DNA from: Leptogorgia sarmentosa
Lineage: Eukaryota
Direction: 5' to 3'
Length of the DNA: 64,000 bases
Assembly: GCA_964658305.1 (NCBI GenBank)
Contig: OZ210885.1
Span: forward strand, 6,634,001 to 6,698,000
The translations under genes and the position numbers were made by a program. Below, piece by piece: positions 27,344-40,967 of this stretch (position 1 is its first letter; the number at the start of each line of letters is the position of its first letter). The notes below the pieces were generated by a model. The model saw nothing but the letters and a program-made list of their open reading frames with translations, was not told the DNA's origin and made no database searches.

Positions 27344-28041
27344 TATTCATAGATTCTTCTACAACTTCCTTGTCTTGTCCTTCAATCATCAACGATTCTT
27401 CACAACCAGGGTTTTGCAGATCTGTAGTATCACACGAAGTTGACAAGGAATCTGATACAGGTATATCATCGACAGCATCACATCTGCCTCTATCCTGTAT
27501 GGCAGATGAAAGTAGCAACATAGATTCGGCCGCTGCTCTATCGCTAGCAGTTCTGAATCTTTTCCCACATGCAACTCTTTCCTTTGGTGGTTCACGTTTT
27601 CTATGCAAACGCTTGATCTGTTACAAAGCAAAAAATCACATTTAATATTGATTATATTCACACTACTTCATAGGAGTATCTGTATTCTGTATGAAATATG
27701 TATGAATAAGAATATTGAATATGTATGGAGCATGAACGCAAGCCTTGCGCATTATTCACAAATTTAATATCCCTCATTCACATAGCCAAATATAAAATAT
27801 ATTTCAAACCTTATCCCTACTTGCTGTTGCTGGAAAAGGAACAGGGCACTCTTCTGTCGGTCCTTTTTCCCCCACAAAATGTAAACTACATACATAGCTA
27901 TCCTTCGAACAAACGAAGCTGTCAGCACGACAACAAGCGTGAAGGAAAATGATGGAAAGTAACTGGTACTCTGTCTTTTATCAACCTTTCTGGATAACGT
28001 GAGTCAGTGTTTCATGTACTCCAAGCGCATCTTCTAACCAT
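27344..28041 (-). pseudogene. THAP-domain transposon gene remnant
   Basis: Manual translation from ATG 28041 gives MVRRCAWST*NTDSRYPERL...FHHFP and later YVCSLHFVGEKGPTEECPVP. A linker exon contains AAAESMLLLS. Confidence 0.65.
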
Positions 28042-28505
28042 GTTACACTAGCTTTATATGGAAACTATATGTTCGATTATTTGGCCGCAGATCGCTTTCC
28101 TTAAAATAATTCAGTTAAAGAATTCTAGATGCTCTATCAGTGACACAATCACAACCAATTTTTAAATGTTTACCGATAAAAAAACCCCAAAAAACAATAT
28201 TTTGCTCACCAGTTTGCTCGCCAGCACATGTAATAGAATGTATAGACTTTGTCCGCAATGTTTGTCCGAGTTGATGCTATTTTTAACATGCGCAAGGTCA
28301 CATGTTTTTCAGGGTCAGAAAGGTCAATTGATAATACACTTTACCCAATATGTAAAAATTAAATTATTTCATTTATTTATAAAATATCAAATAATTCATT
28401 ACTGTATTATATATTTCAAAATAAATTTGTTACAAAATTTATTAAAGTCTTTACAGTCTACTGGTTTCACAACATGGGCTAGAAGTATATGTTTGTGATG
28501 TGGTT

Positions 28506-29690
28506 TCAAACAGCTTCTCCCCTGTTCAAACCAATATAATTAGGCCCAACATCTAATGGATCTTGATTTTCATCATCATCATACTCCAATGGTTCATTGT
28601 AATCAATGGCTATGTTGTGAAGTACACAACAGGCTGCAACAGGAGTGCACACTCTTTCTGGTGTCATTCTAATCTCACCATGCAGGAGATGAAATCTTCT
28701 TTTGAATATGCCAAATGCCCTTTCCACTGATGACCTTGTACTCTTCTGTGCTCTATTAAACCTTGTTGTTGTGCAGTTGCTGGATTAGGGTAGGGTGTCA
28801 TTAGATATGGTAGGCATGCATAACCACTGTCCCCAATTGCTGATGTTCAAAAGATGTGGCTGTCGTGTGTGGATCCTGGCCATCGTGCAACAATGTTCCC
28901 GAAACTTTGCCGCATTGAAAAAAGTGGACTTGGGTTACCACCCCATCCATCCCCCCCTTCAAAAATACTTCAGAAATGTGAAGAGGAAATGACTGTGTAA
29001 AGACACAATACCGTATTATTACGGACTTTTTGTAAAATGTCTTTGTCTTTGTAGAAATTTCTTTAAAAGAGAATTTCACACTGAATACTATTGAATACTG
29101 TTGCTAACTTTTGAGTGATGGTATTCAAGTTCACATGCAGGGCGTGAATCCTGGTTGAAACTGGTGCTGAATGTTGTGCGAATTTCACACTAAACGGATA
29201 TGAGCACATCACCTTTGTGGTCTGTTATTCCTTGTATGTTGATGGTAGCCATTTCTGTTCACAAAATTACATTTGTTGGCTGTTGGTGCAATTATCCTAA
29301 TGTGAGACCTGTAAACACATCCAATTACACATGGAAAACCTCCAAGGTCATAAAATCGTTGTTTGATGACATCTTTTTCTTGTTGTGTGCATGGAAACTT
29401 TGTGAAATCATCAAGCTTTAAAGCGATAGCTAGGGTTACTCGACGAACAATCATACTAACTGTAGCTTTGTCTGCCCCTGCGACAGTGTCTCAAACAACT
29501 TGCAAAAAGCTTCCTGTGGCCAAAAATCTTAAAGTTATCAAAACCTGATTTGTTGCCGAAATGGGAAGCTTCAGTTGGTTGCTGGGCTGATCTCCTCTTC
29601 AACCAGACGGACGATATTCTGCATTGCCGCTCTGCCAAACGACACCATGCTTGCAATTTGCTGTCAGAATAATACTGCAAGAAGTTTTTA
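28506..29690 (-). pseudogene. Harbinger/HARBI1-like transposase relic
   Basis: FYDLGGFPCVIGCV..SHIRIIAP..FVNRNGYH and ERAFGIFKRRFHLLHGEIRMTPERVC..VAACCVLHNIA, interrupted and frameshifted. Confidence 0.8.
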
Positions 29691-31187
29691 TCAGGTATCA
29701 AGCACACAAAGAAAAGAATCCATGGCAAAAAAAGTCCTTGAAATGTTGGATAAGAAAGCCGAAATTCTTTCTAATGAACAACGAGCCATTTTGGAGAGAC
29801 AGGCACAAGAAACAAACAATTCTTTGACATCAAAGCCCTTATCATTTAAGCGTGAAATTGGTTGCCTGTTATGTATGGTAAGGGAAGCGCGTAAATGTAA
29901 ATGTTGTGGGACACATTTACAGACATAGCATACTTGTTGGAATCTGCAAAAAGACATCAACAGCCAACAACTCTTGCTTTAAGGTTTTTTTTCAATGATT
30001 ACAATTGTTTATCTCGGTTTTATGATCAAGAAATCCATTTTTAAAATTCAATCACATGAAGCCGTAGGGTGTTACTTTCCACCTTACCATCATTCGATAG
30101 GACTAAATAGATAACGTCTTATATATAGATCACATATCATCAAAGCGACGTGCTTACCCCGCTAGTATGATGCAACTGAGGAAGGAAGTTTGTATGAATC
30201 GTTTTAGGGCCGATCGGGAGAGATTGCAACTGGATGCATTTCTCTATGGTCTTGCACACCAATGTCACTTGGCATCTGAGGTAAGAAAAACTTGTTTTAT
30301 CATTTGCAAGTTATTGGTTCAATATGATGCTGATTAATGTGCAAAGCATAACTCCAGCCCCAAATTTTTCTTGCTTGTTTTAAAGATTGTTTTAATTCTA
30401 ACTGCACAAAAATTACACCAAATATATATCAAGGGGGATGACATCAAGTTTGAATTGAAAGATTTTAACCGAAGGTAATCACATTCTCTGTAACTAGCGT
30501 AAGTGTTGTAATTGAATTGCAGAAGAAGTGAGACTACTTTAGTATAAAATCTAACTCTATAAAACATTAAGCATTCAATTTAAACATTGCTTTGTACATT
30601 TTTACTTAACAGATACACATTTTATGTGTATTGCTGGAGCTGTGTGTGTGCTTCGTTGGAGGTTTGGCGTCCAAAGTATGAAGTGGTCCAGATTTTTCCA
30701 CCATGCGTATGTCAGGTACACAGTTGGCAAATCAAGGAAAATTGTTTCGTTCTGATGGAAACGAAACAAGACAAAAGACCTACACAATAACCAAAACCAG
30801 ATCCACTTTACAGGTGCATGTCAAAGCTCATATACTGCTGTTCTGTTCTGCTTAAGTCAAATAAGCATCTTTACAAATAAATATTTATTCCCTTCAACTT
30901 TTAGAAGGGCATGCAATGGGGAAAACGAGAGGTATTTGATATGTATTTTGATTTAATATAATTAAGCTACAATTTCCTCCCGGTTTTCTTGCATTATGCA
31001 AATGCAAATCATTACAGTATAGGAATAACATCTCTAATATCTTGTTTAGTATGAAACCATCCTTTTTAGTATGTTAATTTTCCCATGTTAATCTTAAAAC
31101 GACATATATGTAACTTTTCTTATACCTGAATGCTGCCCAGCACTTTTTTCTATTACTCATTTATTTATATATATATATATATATATA

Positions 31188-31387
31188 CAGTACTGTGCAA
31201 AAGTTATAGGCACCTCGTAAAAAAGCATTTGACGCCATCTTATTGTAAACTTATCGTATAAGTTTACAATAAGATGGCGTCAAATGCTTTTTCACGAGGT
31301 GCCTATAACTTTTGCATCGTATCAGTTTACAATAAGATGGCGTCAAATGCTTATTCACGAGGTGCCTATAACTTTTGCACAGTACTG
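31188..31387. mobile_element. Tc1/mariner-type MITE inside a (TA)n tract
   Basis: ~64-bp inverted arms beginning CAGTACTGTGCAAAAGTTATAGGCACC, TA on both sides, right arm present twice. Confidence 0.85.
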
Positions 31388-32924
31388 TATATATACATAT
31401 ATATATATCTATGTTTACTAGAGTTGCTTGTTTCGATCGTATAAAAAAAAAGGAAAAGACAAAAAGGACATAGACACGTTAAATGGCAGTCACTAGGTGT
31501 GCGATACTGTTATTAACGTTATGTTAAGGTAACAAGAACAAGTGAATACGACTTTCACTCAGTGCTAATCTGCAATGATTTGGTATTTACCTTATTTGTA
31601 TATAGGTACTACTGCAACTTGATGGAGCAGAGGGGAGCATCTTTTCTTTCCATTCACGAGCTACTTTCAACAGAATCTTTATATATTTATATGTCTAACT
31701 AATTTCAGAAGAGCTTTAAGTACAATAGTAACTATCGTAACACTTCGCTGATGTTAAGGAAGTAATTTTTGTAGGGTATTTCTCTATCAGGATCACACCG
31801 AACACCATGTGCAGCATATTCCTGTACCAAATACACAGTTTAGAAAAAAGAAGGAAGTTCTGATATTCCATATAAGATACCATTGATGCAAGGGGTTTTA
31901 TTGTTGAGTTACACTGTTTGGCTGCTTGACTGTTATGAATGGCAAGAGTCGGGTATAAGTTCATGTTATATCCTTCTGAGCACCCTGAAAGATAAATTTA
32001 AGTTTTTTAGACTCCTATGTGCAACCAGTCTATGCACTTTTCCTTATGCATCACCATGCATTGCATTGCTGTTTCATTGACCAGCATGAGACAGATATGA
32101 ACGAAACTATGGCCATGCCAGAAGACAGTGGCAATGAAGTAATAAACATAACAAGTAGTGTACATTAATCAAGTATAATTAGATTAGTTATAATCCCATT
32201 GTATTTGACATGTTTGTTATTTGTCATTTGAAGATGAAGAGGCTACAGATGCATTGGGCATTTGAGGTTGGGATAAAGTTGGCAAACTTGCCACCGCTCT
32301 GTTGGCCTTGGATGGTAATGTCAGCAACAAGCAGGCAGCAGAGATAAGCAGGCTTTATCACAACCTGGAAGGGTATGATAAGAAAGACTTGATATTTCCA
32401 TCAAGATACAAGAAAGTGAAGGGTTGATTCCTGAAGGAAAAAGCCTCAGGCCACATTGGCAATGAGGCAATGGCAAGGTATAAAATAACTAACAATGGGG
32501 GAAAGCAACAACGACAATTTTGGTTTGGAAAATAACAGTTGAGTTTATTATTATTGTAAATTTTAGAACATTCGTTACTGGGGGACAAGTGGCGAGATGA
32601 CCTTTGAAGAGCAGACTTGTAGAGGCAATCATCAACAAAGGGCAAAATGATTTTCTAAGCGGAAGGTAGTGCTCATAAGGTATAATGCCCTAAGAAATAC
32701 TGTTATCAACAGTCACTTCTTCAAGGATACTCAATTACAACTGTTTCCTCTAAACGAAACAACAATTGCTAAATGGTTAGTGTTCAATCCAATGCGAGTT
32801 GTAGTTTTTGTCCAAATTATCTTGTTCATGTAAATACTACCACTGTTCACAGGTACAAGAACAAAGCCCGATTGGATGGCCTCCACGCAAATGCATGACA
32901 ATCCTTCTCAAATTTTCATTGGCA

Positions 32925-33054
32925 TTAGAAAAACACATTCGTTCTGCTTCTAAACACGAGGAGAGCAAACACAGTCATGTGACTGAATTAATCAACATAA
33001 CATAAACCACATAATTAACTCAAATGTTCTACCATGATCATCATTATTCCAACA
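32925..33054 (-). repeat. Copia 3' LTR (partial)
   Basis: Aligns to 60540-60655 + 63709-63724 with a few substitutions and one 5-bp indel. Ends ...TTCCAACA next to the polypurine tract. Confidence 0.85.
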
Positions 33055-33099
33055 CTCCCACTTGATGATCAACTTAATTGTTCATTATAAATGTTCAAA

Positions 33100-35478
33100 T
33101 CATGCAAACACCCATTAATTGCCTCAGTTTCTGAAATAAAGGTCTGGGCAGTCCTTTAGTTAGAATGTCTGCTATCATGTCCCCTGTTGGACAATAGCAT
33201 ACTTTGATTTCGTTCGTCGAAATTCGCTAACGTACAAAATGATGACAAATATCCACGTGCTTTGTTCGATTATGGTATCTTGGGTTCTTTGCCAATGCAA
33301 TCGCTCCCTGGTTGTCTTTGTAAATAACTGTTGGTTCTTCTGTTCCTTTGTTAAGATCACCCATTAATCGACGTAGCCATATGGCTTCTTGTGTCGCTGT
33401 GCTCAGCGCGACATATTCTGCTTCAGTCGACGACTTTGCTACTGTAGCTTGTCTCCGACTTGACCAGCTCACGGTACCATTAGCGATTTTGAATAAGTAC
33501 CCAGATGTTGAACAACGTGTATTAATATCCCCTGCCCAGTCTGCATCCGAATAGCCAACTAACTCTGGTTCTCTCTGGTCCGCGACATACTTAAGACCAT
33601 AGTTTGATGTCCCTTTCAAATATCGTAGTACGCGTGTTTGATGTCCCTTTCAAATATCGTAGTATGTGTTTAACTCCGATCCAATGTTCCTTGCTTGGTC
33701 TGCTCGTAACAGACGCGTAGATCAAACATCCTATCGCTCGTTGATACGTTTGAACATCAAAACTTTCTTCGTCATCGGACAGTTCTTGAAACTTCTTTCC
33801 AGGTTCCAAAGGCGTTGCGACCGGCTTACAATCCTCCATTCCAAATCGCTTAAGCACACTCTCAGTGTAGCTTTGTTGACTAATAGATAATGTCTTAGTT
33901 TGTCTGTCTCGCTTAATCAACATTCCGAGAAGATACCTTGTTTCTCCACGATCATCCATCTTGAACCGCTTACACAATGCTGCTTTCTCAGATTGCAACA
34001 TAGTAGTATCGTTAGATACTGCTTATGTCATCAACATATACTCCGAGGATAACAAAAACGATGTCTATCAGAATTCTTCGTTGATTTGATATAAATACAA
34101 TCATCTGCATCACTTTTCCGATATCTCCAGCAGATTTCAAATATTCGTCAAGAGTATTGTTCCAGCAACGAGCCGCCTGTTTCAGTCCGTGAAGGCTCTT
34201 GCATAATTTGCATACATGTTCCGGTCTTTCAGGGTCTACGAATCCCTCGGGTTGTTTCATAAAAATCTCGCAATCCAGTTCGCCATTTAGGAATGCCGTC
34301 TTTACATCCATTTGATGTATTTCTAGGTTCTGCGCATTAGCAAGGGCTAACAATGACCTTAACGAGGTAGGCCGTGCAACCGGCGAAAACACTTTGTCGT
34401 AATCGGTTTCCTTCATCTGAGAGTAACCCTGTGCTACTAATCTAGCCTTAAAACGATCTGTTGATCCGTTTTCATCGCGTTTCACCTTCATCACCCAACG
34501 GTGTGATTTGGAGGGGGAACTAATTGCCACGTTTCATTCTCCATCAGTGATGAGTATTCAGAGATCATTGCTTGCTTCCATTCATTTGCACGCTCAACGC
34601 ATCTTCAACTCCTCTAGGTTTGTCGATTTCTGAAGTTAATGATTCAGTTACTGGCGTTGCTTCGTCTCTAAATCTGCTTGGGACTCTCCGTTGCTCACGG
34701 GACCTAAGTTTCGAACGTTCTCCATAAATAGATCTTCGTATGTTCGTGAATTTTGCAATCTTTCATTCTCTCCCACTCGATCGACATTCGCGTCTTCAGG
34801 AATTTGTTGTTGGTCTTCTCTCGCACCATTTTCTCCTACTGGATCGTGATTTTCTTCACCTGGAATCTCAAATATGTTGTGGTCAATTCTCGAGCTGCTT
34901 TGCACTGTTCGACTTGGACTGTTCCTCGAACTGATGAAATCTCTTCTCGAAAAATGTTAGATCGGCTTATCACAAAATTCTTCTTCTCTAGATCGTATAG
35001 TTTATATCCTTTAGTTCCCTGTGGATAACCAACAAAGATAGCTCTGCTTGCTTTCTGATCCAACTTTCTACGACGAGAATCTGGAACATGTACATAGCAC
35101 ATACATCCAAAAACTCTCAGATGTGATATGTCTGGTTTAGTCCCAAATAATCATTCATACGGGGTCTTGTTCCTTAAGGCTGTCGTAGGGCTTCGGTTGT
35201 GAACGTAAATTGCTGTGTTGCAGGCTTCTGCCCAAAAAGTGAGTGGCAAGCCAGCTTGGTAAATCATTGATCTGGCTGCTTCGATGATAGTATGGTTCAA
35301 ACGTTCAGCTACTCCGTTCTGTTCTGGGCAATATGGATTGATGAACTGGTGGGATATACCTTTCTCGGCACAATACTTGACAAAATCTTTCGAGGTGTAC
35401 TCACCCCCATTGTCTGTTCTGAGCACTTTAACTTTCGTGTTGTCTCCACCTTAATTTTCCACGTAAGTGATATAATTT
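33100..35478 (-). pseudogene. Copia pol remnant (integrase C-part, RT, RNase H)
   Basis: ORFs 35151-35426, 34836-35102, 34012-34530, 33591-34001 and 33227-33619 carry collinear Copia motifs, with stops, frameshifts and a short tandem duplication near 33605-33664. Confidence 0.9.
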
Positions 35479-35724
35479 TTAAAGTGTCTATGCAACGAAA
35501 TTTTCAATCTTATTGTGTTGCTTGTCACCGATAAAGGAATTTTTTCTGATTTGATTCCTGCAATCAGAATGAAAATCGGCCCAGTAGAACCGTCTTTATG
35601 ACGCTTTGAACTTGCCATATTTTCAATATTGATTGCGACAATGAGGTGCCATGGGTAAGCGCCTCTGTGACGTCATAAGTATGACACGTGTAGGGTTGTT
35701 GTATTGGACTGATTGGAAGTAAAC

Positions 35725-38700
35725 ATGGCGAGCGCATCTGATGCAAAGCGACGACGCTCTGGCGGAGGGAAATTTTGTGTTGCTGGCGGTCCAGGCCAAG
35801 TCAGTTGTACAAACAGCCAGTTCACCGAAGGGATTTCAGTGCATTCCTTTCCGAACATTAAAGATGCGAGAAGAGCTGAGTGGGTGCGTTTTGTTCGCAG
35901 GCATCGACCAAATTTCAACGCGTCGAAGTCGTCGGTGTTGTGCTCTGCACATTTCCATCCTTCTTCATTCACGATCAATTTAGACATAGCTGCTTCGCTT
36001 GGCATGAAAAGAATCCTTAGAAATGACGCTGTTCCAACTATAGACATTGCTGGAAATATGCCGTCGACCTCAGGCCAGGTTTCGGATAGGGAACACAGAC
36101 AGTTTATGTTAAATAACTTTGTTGATTATTCATTATTCAGCATATCAATTGCAATGCTTATACCATACTATATGGTTTTATTTCATTGTGTAGATAATCC
36201 GCGACAGCAATAAAACCTTAGCATCAAAGAAACAATTTTTACATAATTATAGTACTGATACTGCCGCATTATTTTTTATCCCTAGCAGACTTTCAACTTG
36301 TTCTACTGTAACTGTAGTCTTGCTCTTTTGGCCTGCCCTTGATTATAATCCAGTTCAATATGTATGTATTTACTTCTTTTGATATTGATTCTTTTGTCAT
36401 ATTTCATTTTCAGTGTTGAGCCAGGAACGAAGCCACATGCACAGCCAAAATTTGTAGTGTTCTACAATATGTTGATGAGTCTCTTCACCATTCTCTGCTT
36501 CAAATGTAAATCACCAAACCCAACTGCTGAGTTAAGAAGAAATGGAACAATGGCCACAATTACACAAATTTGCAAGCAATGCAAACCTAAGAAAGCTTTT
36601 ACTTGGCGAAGTCAGCCATTAGTGTTAGGAAAGCACCCAGCTGGTAATGTTATGATGAGCGTTGGTATCCTGATGTCAGGAATTAGTATCAGCCAGGTGA
36701 TAGTCGTGTTCAAGCACATGAATTTATCTGCAATATCCCTCAGGACATACTTCTTGCACCAGAGCAAATTTCTGTTTCCATCAGTATTTAAACTTTGGAA
36801 AGCAACACAAACAACCATGGTAGAGAAGTTGAAGGAACGTAAACAGCCATATAGCTGGTCTGGAGATGGTCGATTTGATTCGATGGGCCACAGTGCCAAG
36901 TATGGTGTGTACAGCATGTTCAGCAAGGACACATCAAAAGTAGTCCACTTTGAACTGTTGCAGGTGAATATACATATACTCATTGTTATTCAATATGTGG
37001 TGTATGACAAATTACTTATTGAGTAACAGTGACCTAGCCAGCACAATATTCCCGGGCAGCAATGCAAATTTCAAACCATGATGATTATTAATTTCTTTAT
37101 AAATTGATCGTTTTTATGGTCTACGAACATAACATTTGCATAGCCAGGGGATATTGAGCTGGCTATGCTAGCATTGAGTGAAACTTCAAAGCAACAGTGT
37201 TTTGTAGACCTTGAAACCACATTGTTGCCATGTACAGTATGTCTTTCAATATTCCAACTTCTAGGAAGAACAATATTGTGCAAAAGACAATATTCTCAAT
37301 ATGTGATACATGCATTTCATGATTCCTGAGCTGTTTTAATTTATATTTTGATGTTTAGGCCAATCAGTCAGGCAGCAGTACTGCAATGGAGTTTGATGCT
37401 GCAAAGAATTGCTTCATGTTTCTGAAGAAAGAAGGTCTTACCATTGATATTTTTGTGAGTGATCGCCATAAAAGTATTGCAAAATGGATTAGAAGCTCTG
37501 AGCAGACAAAACATTTCTATGATATATGGCACGTTCACAAAAGTATCAATAAGAAGTTGAGACAAGCAAGCAAAGAAAGTGGCTGTGAAATAATAGGAAA
37601 ATGGCTTAAAAGTGTCAGAAACCATTTATACTGGAGTGTGCAGTCTACAAACCTTGGCTTTTCCCAGCTGATAGAAGCCAAGTGGAAATCCACTGTTCGT
37701 CATATGGCAAACAAGTACGTACAACATCCAGATGAGTTTTTCAGTCAATGTGCACATGCTGAACTTGAGCCCCGAGAGTGGATAAAGATGGGTAATACTT
37801 TTAGCCTAATGTATATGTAGTTAACAATTAGACAACAAGGCTGGGTTTTGTATCACAAGATATCAATGAGTGCCAAACACAAGTTGACTACCAGCGGGGC
37901 ATGCCATGATAAACAATGGGCCTGAGTATTTTATGTTATGCAAAGTTATAGTGGTCTATCACAAGTAGGCCATTATTAGCTCAGTCAATTAAACTTATAG
38001 TACACTTATACCAATAGCATCTAATACTAATACCATCTGTGATGCAAGATGTATTGTTTCATAAAAATATTTCAATTGTTTAGGAACCAAAGCATATGAC
38101 AAAGTCAGCATGATTTTGTTGAAGAAGGGCACCATCAAAGATGTTGGAAAATGCTCACCAGATGTACAAACCAGCTGTGGCACCCAAAGATGACCAGCTT
38201 TTCTTGGTTAGGGACTTATTGCAGGTACTGTAGTATGGTATTTACATCCATGCAAAATGATGCCATGCCTCTGTATGCAGCTCTGTATCCTTAAACCAAA
38301 ATAGCTCCTGATTGGGCATTGATTCCATTTCCCCTGCCAATGGGGATGATTTTACATATAAATTGTAAAAATTATTTTATAAGTTCCATACTATTTTAAA
38401 ACCAGATTTCCATATATCACTTTCAGGTATGTGCTTGCAATCTTGCACTTTAATGAAAATTTGCATCGGGAACAAAGGCACACAAAAGAAGGCAAGCCAT
38501 ATTTTAAAGAGGGGTTACAGTCGATTCTGCGCATCGGTTCTGCTCATAACAAAAGGAGACTCCTAAACGTAAACATTGTCCAAATTTCGCATTTTTTGAA
38601 ACTTTTTTGAATCGAAACGCTGGTTTATATTGTTTTAGGAGCATAGCAAACCCGAAAAGTGTCAAATATTCAGTAGTTCAATCAAATTTTACAAATATAG

Positions 38701-39361
38701 CAACTCAAAATGGAAACAAAGCGTTTGTTTACATTAGGGACTGTAACCCCCCTTTAAGGTCACCTAGCCAAAATTCAAATATGGCGAGGAAGTTGTAAGA
38801 GAAGTTCCAGTGCCCCCAACATATGGTATGATGTATTGTGTATTTTAGTATTTAAAAATATTCACTATATGTAGTAACCATTGTGTAACAGTGTACATAC
38901 ATGGCTACCCTGACATACTGTGATTCTTTAGGTTATGTCTTAGAAGTTCTGGAAACTCTGTTCACCAGTTCAGTGGAGGATTTGGCAGAACTATCAGAAA
39001 AGTATAAGGAAAAAGTCCCAGAACCACTGAACAGACAGTTCCCACAACGACTGGACAAAGCAGCAGCAATATTGCACCACCAAGAAAGATCTGAAACAAC
39101 AGCCCAATTACCAAGTGGTAATAATGCATTAAACTATTCACCAATCTATGTAATAACTGTTCTATTTTTAACTTCTTGTACTTTTTTAATTATTTAGTGG
39201 AGGAGCAAAAGAAACAGCAGGAAGTCCTTCTGGCTCAAGAACATGCTGCCTCAAATCCAACCACAACACCTACTGTGCGAAGATGCAGAACATGCAACAA
39301 CCCAATGAAAGGACATCCACGAGGGAGATGTCCAAATATGGAAGCATCCCATGATAATTAA
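35725..39361 (+). pseudogene. Kolobok THAP-DDE transposase, multi-exon, disrupted
   Basis: THAP (CVAGG...WVRFVRRHR...LCSAHF), SGDGRFDSMGHSAKY, STAMEFD, VSDRHKSIAKW, FYDIWH, LHFNEN and a terminal CRTCNNPMKGH. The segment that should hold the catalytic Glu after SPDVQTSC (~38178) is missing. MITE insertion and an in-frame stop near 38765. Confidence 0.85.
38508..38753. mobile_element. TTAA-targeting (Kolobok-type) MITE, 246 bp
   Basis: 15-bp TIRs AGAGGGGTTACAGTC (14/15). TTAA at 38504-38507 and 38754-38757. Removal restores GKPYFKVT*PKFKYGEEVVREVPVPPTY. Confidence 0.9.
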
Positions 39362-40203
39362 ACTTCCATTGTACAGTATCTCAAACAATTTATCAAGTAG
39401 TTTTTACAGTAGACATGCCATGGTTCTTGTTGATGTTTACCATGTTTGACATTTGTCAATTTTAGTTGCTGCATCTTTACTGTTTTAGAGCATTGTATCT
39501 AATTTGTAGCAATTAGGTAATTTGGATTGCACAAATTTAGATTGTCCATCCAGGTTGGGCAACAGCATAAAACAAGAATTGCTCAAACTGAAAATTGCTA
39601 TTCAAACTGATATACAAGCTGATGCCAGCTTATGTACCTACAAAGTAATGGTGACAACTTTAGACAAAAACCTTGGAAAGTAAAACATAAGTGTCCATTG
39701 CCTGGCTTTTGTCAAACGTTGCCGCTATTGCTTTGTATCGATCTTATATTTATCAAAGAGGCTCCTCGAGCTGAAAGTAAACAAACACAGTAAACATGCA
39801 CAGAATGAACTTGATGGTACCTTTAAACCCTCCTATTCTACAGTATTATTTTTGACACTGTTTACCGCATTCCTGAGGGAATATAACCTCTAGATTGTTT
39901 GGTTGGAAACCTTGCCCTCAGATTGTGGTAAATGCAAGCAGGCAATGGCCTGGAGTGATCCCAGCCAAGCAAACCACATAACCATTTGACTAACCACCTG
40001 TACGGCACTGCTCTTAGGTAGCTGAAAAAAATAAAATTATTGTCAATTTATTGCATGTTTACTTGCATTTTATTCTAAATACAAATAAGACAAATCAGGT
40101 AAATCAGACTTACTCATTTTCTGATTCTCCCGCACGTCGTCCATAGGATCGACCATTTCTGTCCTTTAGCAACGGCCCAACCTGTGTCAGAACTACAGTG
40201 GTG

Positions 40204-40546
40204 CAGGGGTGTCGGAATGCTTGGAGAAGTGAGGGGGCCCAAGTATCACACGCCGAAGCGATCTAGGGGGTCCGGATTATACTAACTAACTATCTTCGCC
40301 AAACTTCGCCCAGACGGATAATTTGTCCCATATAAACATGCCAATGGTTTTTTTTACCAGCGAATTCATTTCATTTTTATTTTGGTTTGTAAAAAGTGTT
40401 TCTTCCTCGTCAGCTGTAATGACAACTTTGTAGTTTCTAACCGAACTTTGCTAAAAAGTGGGGGGGCCAAAAGATATCCAGGCCCCCCCAACTAAAAAAG
40501 TGAGGGGGCCCAGGCCCCCTCGGCCCCCCCAGTTCCGACACCCCTG
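40204..40546. mobile_element. hAT-type MITE, 343 bp
   Basis: Perfect 14-bp TIR CAGGGGTGTCGGAA. 8-bp TSD CAGTGGTG at 40196-40203 and 40547-40554. Confidence 0.93.
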
Positions 40547-40882
40547 CAGTGGTGGTCAGTGCAATATAATCTTCATGCTCTGTGATACATTTGATCCTTT
40601 TAATACTGCCATCGCACACTAGAATCTGAACAACAGGAGACAGCTCTTTGCAGCATCTGTATTCTCGAATTCCAACAAGAAACGCAGTGTCGCAACATTG
40701 ACAAGTGCACCTGCAGTTCAAATTACATATCATTGAGATACTATAGACTATTATAGAATACAGAAACTGAGAAAGACAAACTGTCAAAGACAACAAAGTT
40801 GAAGCTAATGTATCAGTCAAATCCAAGCGTGCCCATCCCCCCCCCCGGGCTACTGCGGGGCATTTTCCTGTCAAGCACGTCC

Positions 40883-40967
40883 CCGGGGTTGGGCATTTGA
40901 ACACAAACATTTGCCCGGGGGTGGGGCATTTGAACACAAAATTTGCCCGGGGGTGGGGCATTTGAAA
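40883..40967. repeat. Subterminal ~33-bp tandem repeat x3
   Basis: CCGGGG(G)T(T/G)GGGCATTTGAACACAAA repeated just inside the left TIR. A similar CCGGGGTGGGGGATTTG motif occurs at 51251. Confidence 0.8.

Noticed and set aside
32911..32930. Target-site duplication for the Copia element
   Set aside because: The right flank TGAAA (63725-63729) has no match at the left LTR boundary, which appears truncated or internally deleted.
40437..40961. 174-aa ORF with repeated FVFKCPTPG
   Set aside because: A chimeric read-through of subterminal repeats, TIR, intron, KolX exon 2 and a MITE.
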